Positions 35,766-42,934 of a stretch of DNA of 64,000 nt are shown one piece after another. The notes beneath the pieces are model-generated. The model had not been told where the DNA came from and searched no databases. It worked only from the letters and a program-made list of their open reading frames with translations. Origin of the DNA: an uncultured Planctomycetales bacterium (GTDB taxonomy: Bacteria > Omnitrophota > Gorgyraeia > Gygaellales > Profunditerraquicolaceae). Made by a program: the position numbers and the translations under genes. Each line of letters opens with the position of its first letter. Positions within the stretch are counted from its first letter, which is position 1. The DNA lies in contig CAZOGI010000003.1 in the NCBI GenBank assembly GCA_964579435.1, positions 47,321-111,320 of the forward strand, written 5' to 3'.

Positions 35766-37190
35766 ATGAAGGCAAAAATCAACAGGTTACGCTGCAGTGC
35801 GATTTTGATTTTGGCTTCATTGTTTCTTGCCGGGTCTTTGGTTGACGGGCTGGCTTTGGATGCTTTTACGTTCTCCTATCATCTTACGGACGGCGGTTAT
35901 ACTCTGGAGTTAACGCCGAACTATCCGTTCAAGGGGGTCGAATTCTCGGTCAACTCCGCCTCGACGCAGTTTGAGCTTCTGCAGGATATCGTGGTACCCC
36001 TGCGCAGCAGGGATAATCCTGCGCTTGCCCTTTCCTCGCCGCATTTTGTCGTACGCCGTTTGACCGGAAGCTCGGGGACCGGATCATTCTACGTGCAGTC
36101 CAACGATGTCCCGGTATCCGGCGTCCAGCGCCTCTATACCTCCGCCTCAAACGGCGGGTCGGTTTCCTTTACCCTCGTCTACGGTATCGCTTCCGTTGAA
36201 TCGATCCCCGAAGGGCACTATTACGGCAAGGTCGGCCTGACCATGCGTCCGATCAACGCGGCGCGGGATCAGGTCGTGCAGTACCTGGATATCTATGTTA
36301 CCGTTTCGCGCGAGACCGGCGCCAAGCCGGCGGTCGAGCTTAAGGTCCCGACAGGGGGCAAGACGATCGTGCTTGAGCGCAACCGCCGGGAAGCGCGCAC
36401 GGGAGAAATCGAGGCTGCGGTGAGCGGGCAGTTCGCGCGCAAGACCAGCATCCAGCAGCAGCTGCTGGAGCCGCTGCGCGCCCTTGAGAGCGCCGCGGTC
36501 ATGCCGCCGGAATCAATCATCTGCACGGCATTGGACGTCGAGCGGGGATCTGTGCCGGCTGCGCAGCCTCTGGCGCTTCGCCCCCTTGAGGCGTACGTAT
36601 CGGAGGCTGACGGCCGTGCAGATGATGCGTTCCTCCTGCAGTATGCGTTGGATGAGTCGGCGGTCTTTGCGGCAGGGACGTACCGTTCGCGGATCCAGTA
36701 TTATCTGGACGAGATGGGAAAGCGCACTAACCTGGATATCTTCGACCTGGAGGTGCGCGTCGAACGCGTCTTCGATCTTTTCGTAAAACCCCTGGATCCG
36801 ACCGGCAAGATCATGTTCCGCCAGGACCGCACGAATCCCGATGTTGCTGATGAGTCGCTGCCGCAGAAAGAAGTGCTCCTGGAAGTCAAGTCGAACATAT
36901 TCCGCCAGTATCAGGTTAACCAGAACGTCGAGTCCGATCTGACGATCGCCGGCGAAGTCCTGCCGGTCAAGCATTTGCGTGTTTCGACAGAGCCCGTGCA
37001 CACGAAAGGAGACCTGAAGATCAGCGCGCCTGTCGAGGTGACCAAGGGGACCCAGACCCTTTTCGTTTCGGACGCAAAAGGGTCCGCGGATTCCTTCAAG
37101 GTGGTGTACCAGTTGGATATTCCCCGCACCTTGAACGTCAAGTCAGGGGAATACAGCGCCCGTATTACGTACTCATTGGTCGAGTTATAA
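35766..37190 (+). CDS. Secreted three-domain protein with spore-coat-U (SCPU/Csu-pilin)-like repeats; candidate tip/adhesin subunit
   Basis: Signal peptide MKAKINRLRCSAILILASLFLAGS; three ~150-aa beta-rich segments each ending in a Tyr-alternating motif (EGHYYGKVGLTM, AGTYRSRIQYYL, SGEYSARITYSLVEL) like the SCPU C-terminal AGTYxxTVTVTV motif. Confidence 0.45.
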   Translation: MKAKINRLRCSAILILASLFLAGSLVDGLALDAFTFSYHLTDGGYTLELTPNYPFKGVEFSVNSASTQFELLQDIVVPLRSRDNPALALSSPHFVVRRLTGSSGTGSFYVQSNDVPVSGVQRLYTSASNGGSVSFTLVYGIASVESIPEGHYYGKVGLTMRPINAARDQVVQYLDIYVTVSRETGAKPAVELKVPTGGKTIVLERNRREARTGEIEAAVSGQFARKTSIQQQLLEPLRALESAAVMPPESIICTALDVERGSVPAAQPLALRPLEAYVSEADGRADDAFLLQYALDESAVFAAGTYRSRIQYYLDEMGKRTNLDIFDLEVRVERVFDLFVKPLDPTGKIMFRQDRTNPDVADESLPQKEVLLEVKSNIFRQYQVNQNVESDLTIAGEVLPVKHLRVSTEPVHTKGDLKISAPVEVTKGTQTLFVSDAKGSADSFKVVYQLDIPRTLNVKSGEYSARITYSLVEL

Positions 37191-37262
37191 AACAGAAAGG
37201 AGCAGAACATGAACACAAAGCACGGTTTCAAAAATATTACAAAGAAAGGGGGTGAATCAGCG

Positions 37263-37994
37263 ATGAAAAAGACAATCGTGTTGTTGATGGCAGTGGCGAT
37301 GTTGTTCGGAGTGCAGGCGGTTTCTTGGGCGGCGACCACGCAGAGCATCGGCGTGTCAGTGACGATTCCTGCTCCGGGGGTGAGCATTCCTTCGGGCAAG
37401 ACGATCCTGCGTTGTCCTGGAACGATGCCGACCTCCGGTGACCCGTGGACGTATCCGGGCTGTGTAAAGAATCTGACAACTATGGACTTCGGAACATTGA
37501 CCCACCTTCTCTCCGATGGCAAGGGAGCGGGATGTTTCTTTGGTCCGAATTACTTCATCGTCTACTTGTATCCTGATGTGTGGGGTGGCGTGGGATACGA
37601 GATTACACAGTCGTTCTCCTGGACGACCGCAGGGTTTCCTTCCAGCGCGCTGGTTATGACCGCCGTGTATTCACGCGAAGACCGGTATGACTTGAACGGT
37701 GATGGCGACGTGAACGATCCCGGCGAAACGCCGCAGGGAGATAAACCGGCAGCAGCGGTCCTGGGTAATGCCGGGCTTCCACAGCTTGCAGCGGGCGGGG
37801 TTCGTCAGGTGTATAAGAGCGAAAAACCCGGCTCTGCGCGCATCGTGAGAGCTCAGTACGGCTTGCCTCCGTATCCGGGAACAGATGCGACGCTTCCGGA
37901 GAACAACAGGCCGACAGGCTGGGCCCCGGTTCCTTTGACCCTCGGTCAGGGAACGTATTCGGGCACGGCTACGATTACGATCACGGCGTATTAA
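37263..37994 (+). CDS. Secreted SCPU-domain (Csu/sigma-type fimbrial) subunit-like protein
   Basis: Signal peptide MKKTIVLLMAVAMLFGVQAVSWA; N-terminal SIGVSVTIPAPGVSIPSGKTILRC...MDFGTL and C-terminal GQGTYSGTATITITAY both match SCPU-domain hallmarks. Confidence 0.5.
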   Translation: MKKTIVLLMAVAMLFGVQAVSWAATTQSIGVSVTIPAPGVSIPSGKTILRCPGTMPTSGDPWTYPGCVKNLTTMDFGTLTHLLSDGKGAGCFFGPNYFIVYLYPDVWGGVGYEITQSFSWTTAGFPSSALVMTAVYSREDRYDLNGDGDVNDPGETPQGDKPAAAVLGNAGLPQLAAGGVRQVYKSEKPGSARIVRAQYGLPPYPGTDATLPENNRPTGWAPVPLTLGQGTYSGTATITITAY

Positions 37995-38142
37995 TTGTCC
38001 GTAGCCTTTGAGCATCAAGGTGTTACTGACAATGCCGTGAAAAAAAGTTCTTTACTAATCGCAATTTTAATGCTACGCTAAGGGTAAGAGTGTAGCGAAG
38101 GAGGAGACGGGTTAACAATTCGGAGAGAAGGAGGAGCAACTT

Positions 38143-39027
38143 TTGAGAAAGACTCTTCTCGGTATTATCTTCTTCTTACTCGTGGTTGCCTCCCGTGCGG
38201 AGGGCATAGGTTTCAACCTGGATAGAGCAAAGGTAAGGCATTCTATCCCGCCCGGAGGGTCCGAGGGAGGCCAAATAACGGTTGAAAACGTTTCGACGTC
38301 CACGCTGTCCCTGCGCGTGTATGCCGAGGATTGGGCATACGGGCCGGACCAGGATGGATCGAAGAATTTCTATCCTGCGGGGACCTCCCCGTACAGCGCG
38401 GCCAACTGGATCACGTTTTCTCCTTCCGAATTCGTGCTGACTCCGTTCAGCAAAAAGAAGGTCAATTACCTGGTTAAAGTCCCTCCTGAGGCAAGCGGCG
38501 GCCATTACGCGGTACTCTTCTTCGAGGCCCTTACGGAGAAGACCGATATCCTGCTGGAAGGGGATGAGCAGCGGCAGCGCCGCGCCGGCATCGATGTTGC
38601 GGTTCGTTTGGGATCGTTGTTCTACATAGAGACAAAAGGCAAGTCAAAGCGAAGCGGCTCTCTTTCGGACTTCTCCGTAACCGGGGACGGTCCGGGAGAG
38701 CCGCTTCGTTTTTCTTTGAAAGTCCAGAATACCGGGGATCTGGATATCACCGCCGGAGGGACCTATCACCTTATGGACGGGCGCGGCGTCATCCATGCGC
38801 GGGGTGAGTTTTCCGACGTCTTTACGCTGCCCGGGGATGAGGGATTCTTGAGGTCCGAATGGAAAAAGCCGCTTCCGCCGGGATCGTATGATGTTATCAT
38901 GACCGTCAATCTCGGCAAAGCCCAGGAAGAATGGAGGAATTTCGGGAGAGGACCGGTTATGGCCAGGGAGGCAACGCTGGTCATCGGTCAGGATGGCGCG
39001 GTCAAGAGCGCCAGCCAACTCAGATAA
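38143..39027 (+). CDS. Secreted periplasmic protein with PapD-like (pilus chaperone / Ig-like) N-terminal pattern; candidate fimbrial chaperone
   Basis: Signal peptide; GQITVENVSTSTLSLRVYAED ... FVLTPFSKKKVNYLVKVP ... VAVRLGSLFYIE parallels PapD-family strand motifs (tltVtN..P.lvQ.W, f.vtPP.frL.pg..q.vRi, ik.fyRp); TTG start after GAAGGAGGAG. Confidence 0.4.
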   Translation: MRKTLLGIIFFLLVVASRAEGIGFNLDRAKVRHSIPPGGSEGGQITVENVSTSTLSLRVYAEDWAYGPDQDGSKNFYPAGTSPYSAANWITFSPSEFVLTPFSKKKVNYLVKVPPEASGGHYAVLFFEALTEKTDILLEGDEQRQRRAGIDVAVRLGSLFYIETKGKSKRSGSLSDFSVTGDGPGEPLRFSLKVQNTGDLDITAGGTYHLMDGRGVIHARGEFSDVFTLPGDEGFLRSEWKKPLPPGSYDVIMTVNLGKAQEEWRNFGRGPVMAREATLVIGQDGAVKSASQLR

Positions 39028-39033
39028 TCCCCC

Positions 39034-41898
39034 ATGAGAGCATTTGCGGCACTACATAAGAGCCTGCGTATTCTTTTGATCTTTGCCTTTGTGTCCGCAT
39101 CCATGCCGCTGCGGCACGTTCAGGCTTCCGGGGCAAAGGATTTTCTCTTTGATCTGGGAGTCAAGTTCTATCAGCAGGGACGCTACGATGAGGCGCTGAT
39201 CGAATTCAAGAAGTCCCTGATGGTGGACCCGAATTTCAAACCCGCCCTCCAGTATATTTCCCTCATTCAAAAGAAGAGTGCCGAATCGCAGGATGATTTC
39301 GTCCTGCCCGGCGGCTATCCGGCCCAGCAGGTTTCCCGGCAGTCGGCAGTGAGCGATGCTTTGGATTATCTGGAAGGCAAGCCCGTGTACGCGGCAGAGC
39401 CGCTTCCCGCGTATACGCAGCCTTTCGCCCAGATCATCGGCGCCGCTGAGGTCCCCCGTCAGCCGTCTGCGGCTCCCCAGGCTGCGCAGCCTGCGGCCTC
39501 GCCGAGAAGATCGGGAAAACCGGCGGCCAAAGAGCCGCGGTATCTCGTTCTGGACAGCTCCTACCGGCAATTGATGCAGCCGATCGAGATCGAGCAGAAC
39601 GAGCCGGTCATCATCGTCGGCAACAGCATCAGGAAATATCTCTCCACCGAATCCGAAACCCTCTCGGTCAGACAGCTCGACCAGAATCAGCTGCTCCTGA
39701 CCGGCAAAGAGGTCGGCTACGCCTACGTGCATGTCTGGGATGCGAATGACCGCTGGACGAGCGAATTCCTGATCGTTCCGGCGCGGCTGGAGGGAGTTCC
39801 TACGTACGAGGAGCTCACCGCAGAGGAGCTGGAGAAAGACCGGTATTTCCGGTTCCGGTATAACATGGACTGGTACTCGACTGAGAGCGGGTTGCGTTTC
39901 CGTTCCCTTGATCGCGATACCTATTCCTGGTCCCACGGCCTCACCATGAACGGGCCGACCCCGTACGGGGATTTTGACAGCTCCCTGTCGGTCCGCGTCG
40001 CCCCGACATCCACCGATCTGACGTACGTAACGGTGGGGCTGGAGCAGGGCCGCTGGCTCAATTTCAGGGATTTTTCCCTGCGCGCCTTCGATTTTTCACC
40101 CGGTTTCTCGAACCTGAGCTATCCCGGCGGGATGCTGCGCGGCGTTCGTTTTTCTTCCCCTGTTTTCAGGAAAAAACTCGATTATACGGTCTTCTGGGGG
40201 AGAGAGGGCGGCGGCCGCTACGGCAACCTTTCGCCGAGCCTCTCCAAGACCAAGAACTCTTTCCTGGAAGGAGCCAATGTCAATTTCGCCCCCACCCGCG
40301 GACAGGTCTACCGGTTTTCGGTGGTCCACGGACACGGCCGCGACCGTGACGCGGCCCTGAATAATTACGGTTACGACCTGATCTCGACTTGGAGCGCCGA
40401 TAACCGCGGCCTCTCCTATGAGGTCGCGCATGATTCGCAGAAATTCGCGCACCTGCTTAAGAGCCGCTACACCACCTCAAAGCTGGGGCTGAGCATGGAA
40501 TTACGCGATATAAACCGCGCCTACAACAGCGTCCTGGGCAGGGGATGGGCGCAGGGAGAGCTGGGAGCGCTTTTGGCTGCGCATTACACGCCGAGCGAAA
40601 AACTGAGCATGAACGGAAGCATCAACGTTTACCAGGACCGGTTGTATCCCGCAGAGGACCGGCCGAGCCGTCCGAACGAGGATCTGGATTGGCACGCCAC
40701 GTATCAGCTCGACCCGCTCACCTCTCTGAGCGCCGGGTATTCCTTCAACAACGATCTGGGCAGGATCTCCCAGTCGCGCAGTTCCACCGGCTCCTTGTCG
40801 TTCAATAAGACCATCAAGACCTTCCGCGATATCTATACCTACGGCGGTTATTCGCATGCCGAGAGCAAAAATTACAACGCGCACCTCTCCGATTACATCA
40901 ATGACCGTTTGAATGCGGGCGTGCGCCTAAGCCTTCTCAACGAGTTCTACTGGTTTGCCAACTGGGAGCAGAACTGGGTGAACGAGCGCTGGTACGGCTC
41001 CTGGGCGCAGCCCTGGGCCTGGGAGACCGGTGTTGACTGGTCGAACCAGATCGGATTGTCCGATTTCTACACGAATTTCCGTTTCCTTTACCGTGACGAA
41101 GAAGACACCGATTCGCGGATACGATTCCTTTCGGGTGAGGATTATATAGAGGGATATTCGGAGTTGACCTTCCGGCCCAGCGACGATACCGAGCTCTACG
41201 GCGCCTGCCGCATGCGCAATGTCTGGAAAGAATACCAGGAGGTCGTGCCGCGGCTGGAGATGAATTTCAACGCCGGCATGCGTTACGTCTGGCAGAGCGG
41301 GTTCCGTTGGGACGCGATCGGCTCCATCGAAGGGTATGTCTTCAAGGACCTCAACGCGGACGGTCTGCGGCAGCGAGACGAGGCTCCGATAGAAGGGGCC
41401 AAGGTTTTTATCGGCAAGGACAAGTCGCAGACAACCGATGTCTTCGGGCATTTCGCATTCCCGAACATAAAGGGCGCCAAAACGACGGTGGTGCTCGATA
41501 CCAGTTCTTTGCCTTCGGGTTTCGTCCCCACGGTCCTGCCGCAGCAGGAGGTGAGCATCATGCACGGCAGGGCAGTGCCGGTTTATTTCGGGATCGCTTC
41601 GCGTTCGGAGATCAGCGGGATGGTCTTTGTGGACGGCGACGGCGACGGATTCCCGACACCGGGCGAGCAGGGGGTGGGAGGAGTTTCGCTTTCTCTCGAT
41701 GACGGCGCTGCGGTGACGACCGACTCCAAGGGCCGTTATGTCTTCTCGAATTGCAACACCGGCATGCGCAGCGTCACCTTGAACGTCGAAAGCGTGCCGG
41801 TCGAATATCTGCCGCGCGTTCCCGTCTCCAAAGAGGTCGACCTCTACGAAGGGATCACGTACGTGTACAACATACCGCTGGAGCCCATCGAGCAATAG
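39034..41898 (+). CDS. Large (954 aa) outer-membrane protein: TPR-like N-terminus, secretin-N/BON-like module, predicted beta-barrel core and two C-terminal CnaB/SdrD-B (carboxypeptidase-regulatory)-like domains; candidate non-canonical usher/pore of the fimbrial-like operon
   Basis: Signal peptide; TPR-like FYQQGRYDEALIEFKKSL; PVIIVGNSIRKYLSTESETLSVRQL...LLTGKEVGYAYVHVWD (pil_N-like); aromatic-rich beta strands ending in F/W; C-terminal IEGYVFKDLNADGLRQRDE..GAKVFIG and ISGMVFVDGDGDGFPTPGEQGVGGVSLSL repeats. Confidence 0.4.
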   Translation: MRAFAALHKSLRILLIFAFVSASMPLRHVQASGAKDFLFDLGVKFYQQGRYDEALIEFKKSLMVDPNFKPALQYISLIQKKSAESQDDFVLPGGYPAQQVSRQSAVSDALDYLEGKPVYAAEPLPAYTQPFAQIIGAAEVPRQPSAAPQAAQPAASPRRSGKPAAKEPRYLVLDSSYRQLMQPIEIEQNEPVIIVGNSIRKYLSTESETLSVRQLDQNQLLLTGKEVGYAYVHVWDANDRWTSEFLIVPARLEGVPTYEELTAEELEKDRYFRFRYNMDWYSTESGLRFRSLDRDTYSWSHGLTMNGPTPYGDFDSSLSVRVAPTSTDLTYVTVGLEQGRWLNFRDFSLRAFDFSPGFSNLSYPGGMLRGVRFSSPVFRKKLDYTVFWGREGGGRYGNLSPSLSKTKNSFLEGANVNFAPTRGQVYRFSVVHGHGRDRDAALNNYGYDLISTWSADNRGLSYEVAHDSQKFAHLLKSRYTTSKLGLSMELRDINRAYNSVLGRGWAQGELGALLAAHYTPSEKLSMNGSINVYQDRLYPAEDRPSRPNEDLDWHATYQLDPLTSLSAGYSFNNDLGRISQSRSSTGSLSFNKTIKTFRDIYTYGGYSHAESKNYNAHLSDYINDRLNAGVRLSLLNEFYWFANWEQNWVNERWYGSWAQPWAWETGVDWSNQIGLSDFYTNFRFLYRDEEDTDSRIRFLSGEDYIEGYSELTFRPSDDTELYGACRMRNVWKEYQEVVPRLEMNFNAGMRYVWQSGFRWDAIGSIEGYVFKDLNADGLRQRDEAPIEGAKVFIGKDKSQTTDVFGHFAFPNIKGAKTTVVLDTSSLPSGFVPTVLPQQEVSIMHGRAVPVYFGIASRSEISGMVFVDGDGDGFPTPGEQGVGGVSLSLDDGAAVTTDSKGRYVFSNCNTGMRSVTLNVESVPVEYLPRVPVSKEVDLYEGITYVYNIPLEPIEQ

Positions 41899-41976
41899 CG
41901 GCGGGTGTCGGTTGCGAATAATACAAAAACGCTCAAATCGGTTAGGACGAAGAATGCCGGTTCGAGCGTTTTTCTT

Positions 41977-42276
41977 TTAACGGCTGTACACGGTGCGTAC
42001 GAGTGTTGCGCCTTCGGTTCGCTCCGCCAGAAGCATCGCCGGCGGTTTTTGTTTTGGTGCGCGAACTGTTGGCGCCGTTTCGACCGGTGCGCAGGGTTGC
42101 AGCGACGCCTCTGCCGGCGCGGTATCCTGACCCTGGCCTGTCAGCAGCGGGGCATTGACCCCCGGAATGGCCGGTATGGTACAGGAGGCCTGGATCGACA
42201 TGCTCTCCGCGGCAGCTGCAATCGCGCTGGAGCATATCACCAATGCAATCGTCAGAAGAATCCCTTTCCTGTTCAT
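41977..42276 (-). CDS. Small secreted protein (99 aa), hypothetical
   Basis: Strong RBS GGAGG before the internal Met; signal peptide MNRKGILLTIALVICSSAIAAAAE; 11 nt downstream of the RHH paralog on the minus strand. Confidence 0.35.
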   Translation of the reverse strand: MNRKGILLTIALVICSSAIAAAAESMSIQASCTIPAIPGVNAPLLTGQGQDTAPAEASLQPCAPVETAPTVRAPKQKPPAMLLAERTEGATLVRTVYSR

Positions 42277-42286
42277 AGCAGCCTCC

Positions 42287-42559
42287 TCAATTGTTCCCTT
42301 CCGTGGCTGGGGGGATTTTTTTCTCCGCAAGCTTCCTGAGCACATCCAAAAAACGAGATTCGAAGTCGGTTTCGCTCTTGATTCCCTCTCCGGAGAGCGG
42401 CATCTTTTTGGCCAGATGGATAAGCCAGGCGATGAGCTTGGCGCGGGAGACTTTCAGGCCGGTTGAAAAGAGCGCGTCCTTGCCGATCTTATCGAGAAAA
42501 TCGACTTCTTCCCGGTTCAAGAACGTCACGACTCTCTGGTTGCTGCCATCTCCGTTCAT
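42287..42559 (-). CDS. Small ribbon-helix-helix putative DNA-binding protein; paralog of 5490..5735
   Basis: VVTFLNREEVDFLDKIGKDALFSTGLKVSRAKLIAWL shares the FLDK[LI]GKDALFSTG block with the T2SS-cluster gene; RBS AAGGAG. Confidence 0.5.
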   Translation of the reverse strand: MNGDGSNQRVVTFLNREEVDFLDKIGKDALFSTGLKVSRAKLIAWLIHLAKKMPLSGEGIKSETDFESRFLDVLRKLAEKKIPPATEGNN

Positions 42560-42579
42560 CTCGGCTCTCCTTGAAGCTC

Positions 42580-42611
42580 AAAAAAAAAGCCCCGGCAGCA
42601 GATGCCAGGGC
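42580..42611 (-). promoter_or_regulatory. Terminator-like hairpin (9-bp stem with one G-U) followed by U9 in the leader, ~22 nt upstream of the RHH paralog start; candidate attenuator
   Basis: Minus-strand reading GCCCTGGCA-TCTGC-TGCCGGGGC then TTTTTTTTT then the GGAG RBS and ATG. Confidence 0.35.
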
Positions 42612-42628
42612 GAAGAGCAGAGGAGAGC

Positions 42629-42665
42629 AAAAAAAAAACCCTAAAAGGCTCTTTTAGGGTTTTTT
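42629..42665. terminator. Bidirectional intrinsic terminator: perfect 10-bp palindrome ACCCTAAAAG-GCT-CTTTTAGGGT flanked by A10 and T6
   Basis: Seen in sequence; probably terminates the minus-strand 1070-aa gene (stop at 42935). Confidence 0.5.
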
Positions 42666-42934
42666 CCCCTTTGGCAACCCCGCTATCCGCCATTACCGCA
42701 TTGGCGGACCGGAAGCTTTGCGCCCTAGCATTACTGCTAGTTTGCCTTTTTCAGAAGGACTGTTACCTGATTGTCAATTTAACCCCGTTAGAATTTCCCA
42801 ATCTTGCTTTCAGCCACACCATTTCTCTAACGGGGCTACTATAAATATAGCATACAATTCTAAAATGTCAAGGCTGGCAAATGATTTTTTGCGAAATTGC
42901 ACCGTTGCATTTGCACAAAATGCACCGGGCGCGC

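Noticed and set aside
41905-42339. Plus-strand 144-aa ORF between the outer-membrane protein gene and the large minus-strand gene
   Set aside because: It overlaps two minus-strand genes that have strong RBSs: one encodes a signal peptide, the other the conserved RHH motif. The plus ORF has no RBS and a Cys/Arg-rich, low-complexity translation.
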